Shown piece by piece: positions 29,204-39,396 of a stretch of DNA of 64,000 nucleotides. The first letter of the stretch is position 1. Each line of letters starts with the position of its first letter. A model generated the notes under the pieces. That model ran no database searches. It saw only the letters and a list, made by a program, of their open reading frames with translations, and was not told the DNA's origin. The position numbers and the translations under genes are program-made. Source of the DNA: Minisyncoccota bacterium (GTDB lineage: Bacteria; Patescibacteriota; Minisyncoccia; Phycocordibacterales; CAJBRS01); contig DASRDX010000012.1 of the NCBI GenBank assembly GCA_035652395.1, positions 23,861 through 87,860 on the forward strand, read 5' to 3'.

Positions 29204-32200
29204 TTCATGATTTTCAATCTTACGGCCATATCTTCAATTTGAATTTCTTTTCCCTCGCCATCTTCAAACTTAATCTCCTTTAAACCGGTGGCGTGGGAAA
29301 TTTCGGTCTGGAATTTTTTAATTAGAGCCTCGCCAGCTGGGCTTGCTGAAATTACAAGCCCAGCCTTTTCTCCTACCTGTAGTCCTTCTTCTTTTCTCAA
29401 ATCTTGAATGGCTCTCATAAGTTCACGTACCTGTCCTTCTTCTTTTAATTCAGAGGTAATGTTGGTATCCAGATGAACTTCACTGTCAAGATGTTTGTCA
29501 ATATGCACCTCTTTGATGTTCAATTCATCTTTAATTAATTCCAAAAAATCTTCACCTAAACCTTTAAATTTAATTACCAACCGTTGAAGAGGCTGTCGGA
29601 CTTTAATATTCCCTTTAGCTCGCGCTTCCAAGCCAAAGGAGACAATTCTTCTAGTTTCTTCCATATCTTGAAGCAGATTTTTAGAGCTTGAAGCTGAAGG
29701 ATTAGGCCAATTTTCCAAATGTACACTTTCTTTGCCATCTTCGCCTTTCACTTTTTGATAAATATCTTCGGCTAGAAATGGCATAAATGGCGCCACTAAT
29801 TTTGAAAATTGCAGCAGAACGAAATGAATGGTGGAGAGAGCCGCCTGTTTGTCATCTTCGTCTTCACTCTTGAATCGTTCGCGGGAGCGCCGTAAATACC
29901 ATGTTGAAAGATCGTCAATGAAATTGGCAATCGGTCGAGCGGCTTTGTCCAATTCGTATTTATCCAGATTCCTTGTGATTTCATTATTTAACTCATTTAG
30001 TCGAGCAATAATCCATTGGTCTAGAATATTTTCAGATTTCGAATTTTGGACTTCGAATTTTCCGTTTTTATACAATTCGTAGAAACTGACAACATTAAGC
30101 AGTCGATTTAATACTTTTTTAGTCACTTCATCCAGCCCTTTTTCGGAAAAGGCCACTTCTTCAGCCCGCACTGCCGGAGAAGAAATCAGGAAATAACGCA
30201 AGGCATCTGCGCTGAATTTGTCGATGGTAGGCTCAAGATCTGGATAATTTTGCAGGCTTTTGGACATCTTGCGGCCATCTTCAGCTAAAATTAAGCCGTT
30301 TACTACCACATTTTTATAAGGCGACTGATCGAACAATTCATAATTCAAAACTAGAAGCGCGTAAAACCAGCCGCGGGTCTGATCCAGCCCTTCGGCGATA
30401 AAATTAGCTGGGAATATGGTCGGTTTTGCTTTACCAAAAAAGCTTTTTTTAACAGACGCAGGATCATAGGGAAAATGGAGTTTGCCGTATGGCATCGATC
30501 CCGACTCATACCAAACGTCAAAAACTTCCGGCACTCGCCTGAATTCGTCACCGCAATCACATTTCCAAGTCACCTCATCGATAAATGGTCGATGAAAGTC
30601 CAGCTGATATTTTTCATTATGTGGGATTTCAGCAAAATCAAAATTCCTAATTTCGGCGTTTGTGAGCATCCATTTATTTTCAAACTGTTTCCGCCAACTT
30701 GTTATGTCTTGATTAAAAACCCCATCTGCCCCCATCATCATTAATTCTATCGGTAAATTGTGGGAAATGATAAAAATATTTTTCCCTTTGTATTTTTTAT
30801 CAATCTCATAGAGAAATTCCATGACTCTGTTTTTTACATCTGACCAATTTTCTCCACTTTTGGGTTTTTTGATAAATCGATCTTCCCGAGAAGCAAACTG
30901 CTCATGATATTCTTTCCAGCTTTTACCCTCATACTCACCCGCATCTAATTCCCTAAGGCGTTTATCAACAATAATTTTATCTTCTGGGAGATTAAGTACT
31001 TTATTGACAATGTCCTTTGTCTCCGTTGTTCGGAAAAAATCTGAGACAGCCAATAGATCCACTTTTTGATGTTTTAAGGTTTTAGCGGCATTTTCTACTT
31101 GTTCTTTCCCTAACTTGGTTAAATGATCCTCGTTGGAATAAACAGAACTAACTAAGTTTTTAGTGTTGGCCTCAGACTGCCCGTGCCGCATCAAAAAATA
31201 ATTATTTCGTCGCGTTTTGGCTTGGATATCGGCGAGAGATCCCAAAACTTCCCGCTTTTCACATTTTTCGCATTTCCAGACCGGAATTGGGGCACCCCAA
31301 TAACGGGAACGGGAAATAGCCCAGTCACGGGCTCCTTCGAGCCAGTTACCAAAGCGATTTTCGCCAATATTTTTAGGCACCCAGTTTATTTTCTGGTTTT
31401 CGGCGACTAACTTGTCTTTAAAGTCCGTTACCCGAACAAACCATGAGGAAGTGGCGTAATTTAATAGCGGCGTCTCACAGCGCCAGCAGTGCGGATATGA
31501 GTGAACAATCTTCTCTTTGGCATAGAGAAGGTTGTGATGAGCCAGATATTTAATAATTTCTATATCAGCTTTTTGGTGATCATCTTTTGGTTTAGCTAAT
31601 TCATTAGCAAAATCTTCTACTTCTGCCTTAAATCGGCCGTTCGAATCAATGTGCTGGATAAACGGAAGTCCTTCTTTTTTGGCCAATTGAAAATCCTCAT
31701 CACCAAAAGCCGGAGCCATATGCACAATGCCTGTTCCTTCTTCGGTAGTAACAAAGTCGGCGGCATAAATTTTCCAGCCGCGTTTTTCGGCATTCGCATT
31801 CCCCTGAACATCTTTTAACGGAACATTTTGATAATAATCAAAAAGAGGTTTGTAAGGCTGACCGATTAATTCGTTAGAGCTGACATTTTTTTCGATATCG
31901 TAAGGTTTATCTTTAAAAACGCCGGCCAGTCGATCTTTGGCCACAATATAAGAAATTCCTTCACTTTCCACCTGGACATATTCAATTTTTGGATTGATGG
32001 CGAGAGCTACATTTCCGGGCAAGGTCCACGGTGTAGTGGTCCAGGCCAAGACAAAAACATCCGGTTTATTAATCAATTCGAACTTAGCGTAGACGGAAAT
32101 GTCCGTGATATCTTTATAACCCTGATTGACTTCAAAGTTTGAAAGTGGAGTGCCGCAGCGCGGACAGTATTGCATCACCAGAAAGCTCTGGTAAATGCGT

Positions 32201-32700
32201 CCTTTTTTGTCGAGCTCTTTGAAAGACCACCAAACACTTTCGGTGTAAGTCGGATCCATCGTTCGATAATCATTTTCCATGTCTACCCAACGAGCGATGC
32301 GTGGGATGATCTTCTTCCATTCGTCGGCATAACGCAAGACACTCTTTTTGGCGGCCGCATTGAATTTTTCAATACCGTACTGCTCAATGTCACGTTTGTT
32401 GTTCAGTCCCAATTCTTTCTCAATCAGATTTTCAATTGGCAAGCCGTGACAATCCCAGCCCCATTTTCGCTCCACGTGATATCCTTGCATAGTTTTGTAA
32501 CGCGGAATGACATCTTTTATAGTGTTGGGCAAAACATGGCCGAAGTGAGGCAAGCCGGTGGCAAAAGGAGGACCGTCATAAAAAACAAAATTGCCTTTCG
32601 GCGACTCTTTGGAAAGGCTTTTCTCAAAAATCTGATTTTCCTGCCAGAATTTTAGGGTTTCCTCTTCTTTTTTGGCAATTTCGCTCTTATTTAAAGCCAT
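29200..32700 (-). CDS. ileS: isoleucyl-tRNA synthetase (type 2) with inserted histidine-phosphatase domain
   Basis: DGPPFATGLPHFGH, GWDCHGLP, WTTTPWTL, EGLDQTRGWF, KMSKS; insert with MRHGQS. Confidence 0.96.
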   Translation of the reverse strand: MALNKSEIAKKEEETLKFWQENQIFEKSLSKESPKGNFVFYDGPPFATGLPHFGHVLPNTIKDVIPRYKTMQGYHVERKWGWDCHGLPIENLIEKELGLNNKRDIEQYGIEKFNAAAKKSVLRYADEWKKIIPRIARWVDMENDYRTMDPTYTESVWWSFKELDKKGRIYQSFLVMQYCPRCGTPLSNFEVNQGYKDITDISVYAKFELINKPDVFVLAWTTTPWTLPGNVALAINPKIEYVQVESEGISYIVAKDRLAGVFKDKPYDIEKNVSSNELIGQPYKPLFDYYQNVPLKDVQGNANAEKRGWKIYAADFVTTEEGTGIVHMAPAFGDEDFQLAKKEGLPFIQHIDSNGRFKAEVEDFANELAKPKDDHQKADIEIIKYLAHHNLLYAKEKIVHSYPHCWRCETPLLNYATSSWFVRVTDFKDKLVAENQKINWVPKNIGENRFGNWLEGARDWAISRSRYWGAPIPVWKCEKCEKREVLGSLADIQAKTRRNNYFLMRHGQSEANTKNLVSSVYSNEDHLTKLGKEQVENAAKTLKHQKVDLLAVSDFFRTTETKDIVNKVLNLPEDKIIVDKRLRELDAGEYEGKSWKEYHEQFASREDRFIKKPKSGENWSDVKNRVMEFLYEIDKKYKGKNIFIISHNLPIELMMMGADGVFNQDITSWRKQFENKWMLTNAEIRNFDFAEIPHNEKYQLDFHRPFIDEVTWKCDCGDEFRRVPEVFDVWYESGSMPYGKLHFPYDPASVKKSFFGKAKPTIFPANFIAEGLDQTRGWFYALLVLNYELFDQSPYKNVVVNGLILAEDGRKMSKSLQNYPDLEPTIDKFSADALRYFLISSPAVRAEEVAFSEKGLDEVTKKVLNRLLNVVSFYELYKNGKFEVQNSKSENILDQWIIARLNELNNEITRNLDKYELDKAARPIANFIDDLSTWYLRRSRERFKSEDEDDKQAALSTIHFVLLQFSKLVAPFMPFLAEDIYQKVKGEDGKESVHLENWPNPSASSSKNLLQDMEETRRIVSFGLEARAKGNIKVRQPLQRLVIKFKGLGEDFLELIKDELNIKEVHIDKHLDSEVHLDTNITSELKEEGQVRELMRAIQDLRKEEGLQVGEKAGLVISASPAGEALIKKFQTEISHATGLKEIKFEDGEGKEIQIEDMAVRLKIMK

Positions 32701-32712
32701 GTATTAAGAATA

Positions 32713-34437
32713 CTACATCTTCTCGGGAACTTGAATGCCTAAAAGATATAAACCATTTTTCATGACTGTTGAGACGGATTGAGTTAAGGCTAATCTGTAA
32801 CTGGAATTTTTGTCTTCTTTATCAATGATTTTTGAGTGGGCGTAGAAATTATTAAATTCTCCAGCTAATTCAATTAAGTAAGTGGCGAGGTGATGGGGTT
32901 CCATTTCATCCAAAGCACGTTGGACAATTTCTGGGAAGCGATAGAGGTAACGTTCGAGAGAGGTGGATGGCGGAGGCGTTTCAGTAGTCGCCTCCGCCAT
33001 CATTCCCTCTTCCTTGGCCTTTCGCAAAACTGATTCAGCGCGGGTGTGAGTGTACTGAAGATACGGTCCCGAATCCCCTTCAAATGATAGAGAATTTTCA
33101 ATATCAAAAATGATATCCTTGCCAATCTTTTGTTTAAGAATTGAGTATTTAATGGCGCCGACGGCAATAATGGAAGCCAATTTAGTTTGTTCCTCTTCAT
33201 TAAAGCCGCGATCTTTCATCTTTTCTTTGGCTCGGTTTTCAATCTCAGACAAAAGCGCTTCGGCAGCGATGACTTCGCCGGTGCGGGATGACATCTTGCC
33301 GGTCGGCAATTTTAGCAGACCGTGAGAAATATGTTTGGTCTTTTCGGCTAATTTTGGATTGGTGAATTCTAAGGCTTTTAGCAGAACTTTAAAATAATCA
33401 TTGACTTCATTGGCAGTCACTACGATAGAAAGATCGTACGGGAAAACTTCGTGCTTCATTTCAGCCAAAGCAAGCTCTTTGGCTTCATAGGTTGGCAGGC
33501 CCTGACTGTTAATAAAGACGCGGGTGTGAAGTCCGGATTTTTCTTCCTTCAGGACCACAGCCCCTTCACTTTCTTCAAAGACGCCTTTCTTTAGAAATTT
33601 CGTCACTATCTCTTTGCCGCGTGGCGCCGCTACGCTCTCAAAAAAATATTGATCAAATTGCGTACCGAGCTTTTTATAGATTTCTTCAAAATACTCTAGA
33701 CTCCACTCGCGACCTTGATCATAAAACTGGTTAATCTCTTCATCAGAGCGATCATAGATTTTCTGGTTGATTGAATTGATCTCCTTTTCATTTTCCGGAG
33801 AGTCTTTAGCATGACTGGCACCGAGAGCATAGGCTTGGCCAAGGTATTTGATGCGGGAAGAGAGGGCGGCCGTTTCCGCAGGAAACGGCTCTTTCATAAA
33901 TCGAATGCCCCAAATAGCCAGCGCGACATGGCGCCCCGCATCCCCTTGATAACAAACTCTTTTAATATTCGCCGAGGCGAAAGAAATGATTCGCGAGAGG
34001 GATTCTCCGACGGCATTACTCATCAAGTGACCGATATGAAATTGTTTAAAGGGATTCGGGTCGGTGTACTCAACTAAAATCAGCCGATCTTTAAGAGTTT
34101 GATTCTGGCCGAAATTTTGGCCGCTTTTTGCCGCGGCCAAAATTTCGGCTACCCTCTCTCTAAAAAACTTGCCTGACAAATAAAAATTAATAAAACCCGC
34201 TCCCGCCACTTCGACCCTTTCAACATCAATATCTTTTTTCTCATTTAATTTTTGGGTAATCTCCACCGCCAGCGAAAGCGGCTCCTTCTTTAACTTCTTT
34301 CCCAGCACTAAAGCCACATTGGAAGAATAATCTCCATGATCAAGGTTGGTTGGATGCTCCAAAACAAATTCCGGAACTTCTAAATTCAGTTCCTTTAAAG
34401 CCACCTCTATGAGTTCTTTTAATTTCGGCACACTCAT
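32713..34437 (-). CDS. argS: arginyl-tRNA synthetase
   Basis: HGDYSSN, GAGFINF, PFKQFHIGH, KMSSRTG, SGPYLQY; start taken at MSVPKL. Confidence 0.97.
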   Translation of the reverse strand: MSVPKLKELIEVALKELNLEVPEFVLEHPTNLDHGDYSSNVALVLGKKLKKEPLSLAVEITQKLNEKKDIDVERVEVAGAGFINFYLSGKFFRERVAEILAAAKSGQNFGQNQTLKDRLILVEYTDPNPFKQFHIGHLMSNAVGESLSRIISFASANIKRVCYQGDAGRHVALAIWGIRFMKEPFPAETAALSSRIKYLGQAYALGASHAKDSPENEKEINSINQKIYDRSDEEINQFYDQGREWSLEYFEEIYKKLGTQFDQYFFESVAAPRGKEIVTKFLKKGVFEESEGAVVLKEEKSGLHTRVFINSQGLPTYEAKELALAEMKHEVFPYDLSIVVTANEVNDYFKVLLKALEFTNPKLAEKTKHISHGLLKLPTGKMSSRTGEVIAAEALLSEIENRAKEKMKDRGFNEEEQTKLASIIAVGAIKYSILKQKIGKDIIFDIENSLSFEGDSGPYLQYTHTRAESVLRKAKEEGMMAEATTETPPPSTSLERYLYRFPEIVQRALDEMEPHHLATYLIELAGEFNNFYAHSKIIDKEDKNSSYRLALTQSVSTVMKNGLYLLGIQVPEKM

Positions 34438-34475
34438 GAGTTTATTATATGCTAAATCAAAATAAAATCCGCCAA

Positions 34476-35150
34476 TCATTTGATTGACGGCCGGATATTA
34501 TACTTATCAATGAGATGCCGAGTAATTTCATCTGCAATGTAAGAAGGGTGCTGACAGCCATCAAGTATTTTCCAACGTTCTGGCTCAGCTAAAATCTGCT
34601 CTTCATAATTCTTAATCACTTTCGAGTTTTCAAGAATCCGATCATTGTCATACGGTCCCATAAGCAAGCTTCGCAGGTACCCCTGCGCTTCTTGTAGACC
34701 GTCCTCTTCGCTAATCCGAGGATAAAAAAGCTGATCGGGTAGAAGAGCATTACCATACCGCTGGTAAAGAAGATTGATCCTTTCAGAAAAATCTTCTTGG
34801 TTTATCTCCGATTGATAGTGAGCTTTAGTCGCTTCCACGTAGGCATGCCAGCTAATAACTGACTTTCCTTGAGCAATAATTTGCCTAACTTTTTCCGCTT
34901 GAACCAGACAATAACTTAAGCAGATCTCAAGTAATTGATTGGAGGAAAATCCCAGCGGTGGAAATAAGACGCTAAAAAGTTGAGGTTTGGTTCTTTCTCC
35001 AATGCCGGCGCGTGGTCGTCCATAAAAATTCAGAACCCCTCGAAACCTTGATTGCAAGAGACGATAGGCTGTTTCTTTGTTAAATCGTGACACTCCGGCG
35101 AAAGCAAAGTGATAACCTCTTTTACGAGGTTCGCGTTTAAAGAGCTTCAT
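34476..35150 (-). CDS. degenerate thymidylate-kinase-like protein
   Basis: FAFAGVSRFNKET (decayed P-loop), VISWHAYVEATKAHYQ (cf. DRY..S..AYQ), LPDQLFY, WKILDG. Confidence 0.5.
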   Translation of the reverse strand: MKLFKREPRKRGYHFAFAGVSRFNKETAYRLLQSRFRGVLNFYGRPRAGIGERTKPQLFSVLFPPLGFSSNQLLEICLSYCLVQAEKVRQIIAQGKSVISWHAYVEATKAHYQSEINQEDFSERINLLYQRYGNALLPDQLFYPRISEEDGLQEAQGYLRSLLMGPYDNDRILENSKVIKNYEEQILAEPERWKILDGCQHPSYIADEITRHLIDKYNIRPSIK

Positions 35151-35191
35151 TCATTTTTAAGATAGCACAAGAAAAATTTTTGCCTAGAGGA

Positions 35192-36367
35192 TTATTTCTG
35201 GCGCAAGATTGAGTCAATCTTTCGGGCAATCTTGCGCATATCTTCTTCCTTCTTGCCGCGAGTAGTTTCCGCGGCCGTACCCAAGCGTATACCCGATGGA
35301 TCAACGGCGCTGCGCGATTCACCCGGAATTGTATTTTTGTTGACGATAATGCCAGCTTTCTCTAGTCGATCACTGGCTTCCTTGCCGGAAAGTCCTGTGC
35401 CCCCCATCCAAGTGTCCATCAAAATCAGATGGCTGTCAGTACCTCCGGAAATAATCCGCCAGCCGAGTTTGGCCAATTCACCCGCCATGGCAGCTGTGTT
35501 CTTAATCACTTGCTTGGCGTAGTTTCTAAATTCCTTAGTATCAGCTTCTCCAAGAGCCACCGCCACGGCGGCAATCTGATTGAGGTGCGGACCGCCTTGC
35601 ATACCGGGGAAGATGGCTTTGTCAATCTTTTTGTCAAATCCCCTCTCGTCTTTTCGCACAAAGATCATGGCCGCTCGCGGGCCGCGCAGGGTTTTATGAA
35701 CCGTAGTGGTAACAACATCGGCGTAATCAAAGGGCGAAGGATAAGCGCGACCGGCCACCAGTCCGGCAAAGTGAGACATGTCCACCATTAAAATGGCCCC
35801 AACTTTATCGGCAATTTTTCTAAATTTTTTAAAATCAACAATGCGAGGATAAGCGGTAAAACCGGCCACAATAATGTCCGGCCTTTCCAGTTCAGCAATT
35901 TTTTGGAGAGCTTTGAAATCCAGAGTTTCAGTTTTTTCATTTACTCCGAATGGCACCTGCTGCCAGAAACTGCCGGTAATGGAAACTTTGTGTCCGTGCG
36001 TGAGGTGCCCACCCGCCGTCAGACTCATACCCATAATTTTGCCTCCTGGCGGCACCAGGGCTAGATAAACGGCCACATTGGCGGGAGAACCGGAGAGAGG
36101 TTGGACATTCACGTGCCATTTCTTTGGATTTAATTTGAATAATTTCAGAGCCCGAGCTTTTGCCAAGTCTTCTATTTGGTCAGTCACCTCGTTACCCCCA
36201 TAGTAACGTTTAGCCGGATAACCTTCAGCATATTTATTAGTCAGCTCCGATCCGAGAGCCGTGAGTACATCCGCCGACACAATATTCTCGGAAGCAATAA
36301 GATTAATAACTTTTTTCTGGCGCGAAATTTCTTCTTTAATTAATTTAGCAATTTGTTTATCTTTCAT
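35192..36367 (-). CDS. glyA: serine hydroxymethyltransferase
   Basis: LIASEN, NKYAEGYP, GGHLTHG, TTTVHKTLRGPR. Confidence 0.98.
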   Translation of the reverse strand: MKDKQIAKLIKEEISRQKKVINLIASENIVSADVLTALGSELTNKYAEGYPAKRYYGGNEVTDQIEDLAKARALKLFKLNPKKWHVNVQPLSGSPANVAVYLALVPPGGKIMGMSLTAGGHLTHGHKVSITGSFWQQVPFGVNEKTETLDFKALQKIAELERPDIIVAGFTAYPRIVDFKKFRKIADKVGAILMVDMSHFAGLVAGRAYPSPFDYADVVTTTVHKTLRGPRAAMIFVRKDERGFDKKIDKAIFPGMQGGPHLNQIAAVAVALGEADTKEFRNYAKQVIKNTAAMAGELAKLGWRIISGGTDSHLILMDTWMGGTGLSGKEASDRLEKAGIIVNKNTIPGESRSAVDPSGIRLGTAAETTRGKKEEDMRKIARKIDSILRQK

Positions 36368-36527
36368 GATTCATTGAAATTAAAGTGGAATAAAGGGAAA
36401 CGGTTTTTTAGGAAGCTAAATCATAAAAACATCTTATCATAAATAAAATACGCCCAGAGATTATACGGGTGAGGTTAGTTTTGTAAAGATTTTGACTTTT
36501 TGAAAGGCGATAAGATAGACTGAGGAT

Positions 36528-37439
36528 ATGAAGCCATACGATCAGCGGACGGCTGATAATCAATACCAAATTCTTCTTCGAAAAATCCTCGAAGAAGGAG
36601 AAAAAATGACGAGTCAACAAGGCATCGATGCTATCACTTTAATGGCTCCCGGCTCGATGCGTTTTAAAATGGAAAACGGGTTCCCAATGATCACTGAACG
36701 AAACATGAATCCGAAAACTTCGGAGTTTCTGCCGGTAACAGTCTGGCAGCAAGCTATCGGGGAAATTTGTGCATTTATAAATGGCGCTCGGACACTGGAG
36801 CAGCTTGAGAGTTTTGGTTGTTATTGGTGGAAAGCTTGGGGGACGCCGGAAAAATGCGCCAAACGCGGATTGGCACCAGGAGATCTAGGGCCAGGTTCTT
36901 ATGGCGCCGCCTTTCATGACTTCCCCACCATTGAGGGTCCTACATTCAATCAATTTAAACATATTGTTGAACAAATAATTGAAGAACCTCACCTTCGTAC
37001 TCATTTTGTCAGTCCGTGGATTCCACAATATATAGGCCGCGGCAAAGGCAAACAACAAAAAGTAGTGGTAGCGCCCTGCCATGGTTGGGTTCATCTAAAA
37101 GTAATCAACAATAAATTAACTTTGCACATGTTCCAGCGATCGGGAGATGTTCCAGTGGGAGTACCGTCAAACATGATCCAATATGGAGCCTTATTAATGA
37201 TGCTGGCTCACGTTACCAATACTATTCCTTATGAATATATCCATACTATTTCCGATGCCCATATTTATGTTGATCAAGTCGAAGCTGTAAAAACTATGCT
37301 GGAGAGAGAACCTCGACCATTACCGACCATGACCCTAAACGCTGAAAAGAAAGATCTTTTTGCCTTTCGGTATGAAGATTTCTCTCTATCAGATTATAAT
37401 CCTCATCCGGGAATCAAAAAAATTCCTGTCGCAATCTAA
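36528..37439 (+). CDS. thyA: thymidylate synthase, divergent
   Basis: APCH, QRSGDVPVGVPSN, DAHIY, C-terminal YNPHPGIKKIPVAI. Confidence 0.9.
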   Translation: MKPYDQRTADNQYQILLRKILEEGEKMTSQQGIDAITLMAPGSMRFKMENGFPMITERNMNPKTSEFLPVTVWQQAIGEICAFINGARTLEQLESFGCYWWKAWGTPEKCAKRGLAPGDLGPGSYGAAFHDFPTIEGPTFNQFKHIVEQIIEEPHLRTHFVSPWIPQYIGRGKGKQQKVVVAPCHGWVHLKVINNKLTLHMFQRSGDVPVGVPSNMIQYGALLMMLAHVTNTIPYEYIHTISDAHIYVDQVEAVKTMLEREPRPLPTMTLNAEKKDLFAFRYEDFSLSDYNPHPGIKKIPVAI

Positions 37440-37440
37440 A

Positions 37441-37920
37441 ATGACTGGAGAGGATCAAAATTTCGTTGAGTTATCAAACGCTCGCCGCGAAGACCAAAAA
37501 AAGGTGTTGGAGCAAATTATTGCAGATGGAGTTTGTCCTTTCTGTAGAGAAAATTTAGTAAAATATCATAAAAATCCGATACTTAAGGAAGGTAAATATT
37601 GGCTGTTAACTGAAAATCAATGGCCATACATTTATACCAAACATCATTACATCGCTATTTATAAAACTCACCAAGAAAGTATTATTGATATCGATTCAGA
37701 AGCAGGTTCTGAGTTAATTAAGCTTTTTCAAGAATTGGTGCGTCAGGAAAATATTCCGGGTGGAGCGGTTGCCATTCGATTTGGTTCAAATTCTAAATTT
37801 GGTAATTATGGCAGCAGTGTTCGTCACATACATGCCCATCTTATAGAACCTGATTTAGAAAATCCGGAAAAGATAGCGATTAAATTTAAGATTGGTGATC
37901 CTAAGGGAAGAAAGAAATAA
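37441..37920 (+). CDS. HIT family nucleotide hydrolase/transferase
   Basis: CPFC, ENQWPY, SVRHIHAHLI; ATG 1 nt after the thyA stop. Confidence 0.88.
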   Translation: MTGEDQNFVELSNARREDQKKVLEQIIADGVCPFCRENLVKYHKNPILKEGKYWLLTENQWPYIYTKHHYIAIYKTHQESIIDIDSEAGSELIKLFQELVRQENIPGGAVAIRFGSNSKFGNYGSSVRHIHAHLIEPDLENPEKIAIKFKIGDPKGRKK

Positions 37921-37973
37921 ATTGACTTTAGACTTCAATGTGTTAAAAAGGCCTTAGTAAAAAGGAGGACAAA

Positions 37974-38552
37974 ATAGAACCTAAAAATTTAATAACGGTA
38001 CCGGGTCTTCAGGAGGAAGAGATTGGCAGTTTGCTCAATGTACGGACATTCCCCCAATACATATCGATGGTTGAAGGAATTCTGGCCAAGCGGTGCATGT
38101 TCTGTCAGATTGACCCGACCAAAAACACCGTGATTTATGAAAACAGGTCGTGGAGAATGTGGTTAAATCCGTTTCCGCAAAAGCACCACGCCTTTCATAT
38201 AGTGGCAGCTTACCGACTGCACACTAATGATCTCGCGGCTTTAAACGATGACGATTGGAGAAGATTGGGTAAGGCTTTTTCTTGGGTCCAGGAAAAATAC
38301 AAATTCCCCGGCGGGGCATTAGCTATCCGGTTCGGTAATCCAAGATTCAACGCCGGTAGCATTCGTCATCTTCACTTCAACATTCAAGTGCCTGACGGAA
38401 GTGGTCGAGTTCAAATAACCTTGGCCAAGGAGCCGGAGGAAATTCTGGCGAAAAACCAGATACTGAGAGTCTTCGAAAAAATGCGGCAAGGAACTTCATT
38501 CGAAAATCTTTCGCTAGCCGAGCAGAGTTTAGTTAGGGATCGCATGCAATAG
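37974..38552 (+). CDS. second HIT-like protein (HxHxN variant)
   Basis: CMFC, NPFP, GGALAIRFG shared with HIT1, SIRHLHFN. Start uncertain: ATA 37974 after AGGAGG, or TTG 38031. Confidence 0.8.
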   Translation: MEPKNLITVPGLQEEEIGSLLNVRTFPQYISMVEGILAKRCMFCQIDPTKNTVIYENRSWRMWLNPFPQKHHAFHIVAAYRLHTNDLAALNDDDWRRLGKAFSWVQEKYKFPGGALAIRFGNPRFNAGSIRHLHFNIQVPDGSGRVQITLAKEPEEILAKNQILRVFEKMRQGTSFENLSLAEQSLVRDRMQ

Positions 38553-38565
38553 CGATCCTTTTTAT

Positions 38566-39396
38566 TTAGTCAACTCGGATAATCTCAATACCTTTATCTT
38601 TAAAAATCATCTCGCTGTCGAGAACGCCGTATCCGCTTCGATAAAAGACTCGTTTGATTCCCGCGCAGGCCACCACTTTAGCGCAAGGAGGACATGGGAA
38701 AGTAGTAACGTATATATCAGTTCCCTCCGTAGAAGTTCCTTCTCGTGCCAAATCGGCGATTATCTTGGCTTCAGAATGAATAAAAATAGATAGCTCAAGG
38801 TGAACGCCCTTATGAAAATTATTCCGCGGGTCCCCCTCGTACATCGGAGAGTGTTCCCCTCGCACCGCCTCATTATGGGTCTGGTGTAAAATTTTTTTAT
38901 CCTTAACAAGAATGGATCCAACTCGACGCCAAATATCTGTACTCTTTTCTGCTTCTTGCTCGGCCAGCTTCATAATCTCTCTATCAAATTCTGCAGTTGA
39001 TATTCTGTCCGGCCTTAATTCAGTTTCCTGAACTGTCTTATGTTTATCCCATCTTAAAAAGAGTGGGCTGTAAATTATTTCCTTTTTAGACAAATACTTA
39101 TCGGCCAGAGATTTCATTACTTCTTCATTGGGCAAAATAATTCGAATCTTTTCATCCTTAAGCTTTTCCAAAGCTGGTTCGTCTAATATTTGCACTTGGT
39201 CAAACAAACTCCAGCTTTCTAAGGCTTTCTTGACTTCATCGGGATTGAGCTGTCGGATATCTTTAGCTAAATGAGGGAAATCAGCAATTAGATCCTTCCC
39301 TAAAATAAAAATTTCTTTTGCTTCAGGATGACTTGCGAAAAGCTTCCTATAGCCTTCGTGGAGAACGGGTATATAAGCAATGATAACAGTTTTCAT
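38566..39396 (-). CDS. dCMP-deaminase-family protein with N-terminal HUP-like domain
   Basis: IHSE...TTFPCPPCAK zinc motif; N-terminal IIAYIPVLHEGY resembles a decayed HxGH. Confidence 0.85.
   Translation of the reverse strand: MKTVIIAYIPVLHEGYRKLFASHPEAKEIFILGKDLIADFPHLAKDIRQLNPDEVKKALESWSLFDQVQILDEPALEKLKDEKIRIILPNEEVMKSLADKYLSKKEIIYSPLFLRWDKHKTVQETELRPDRISTAEFDREIMKLAEQEAEKSTDIWRRVGSILVKDKKILHQTHNEAVRGEHSPMYEGDPRNNFHKGVHLELSIFIHSEAKIIADLAREGTSTEGTDIYVTTFPCPPCAKVVACAGIKRVFYRSGYGVLDSEMIFKDKGIEIIRVD

Noticed and set aside
36528-37439. ThyA read as a phage-type dCMP hydroxymethylase
   Set aside because: It has the dUMP-selecting Asn rather than Asp, and there is no phage context.
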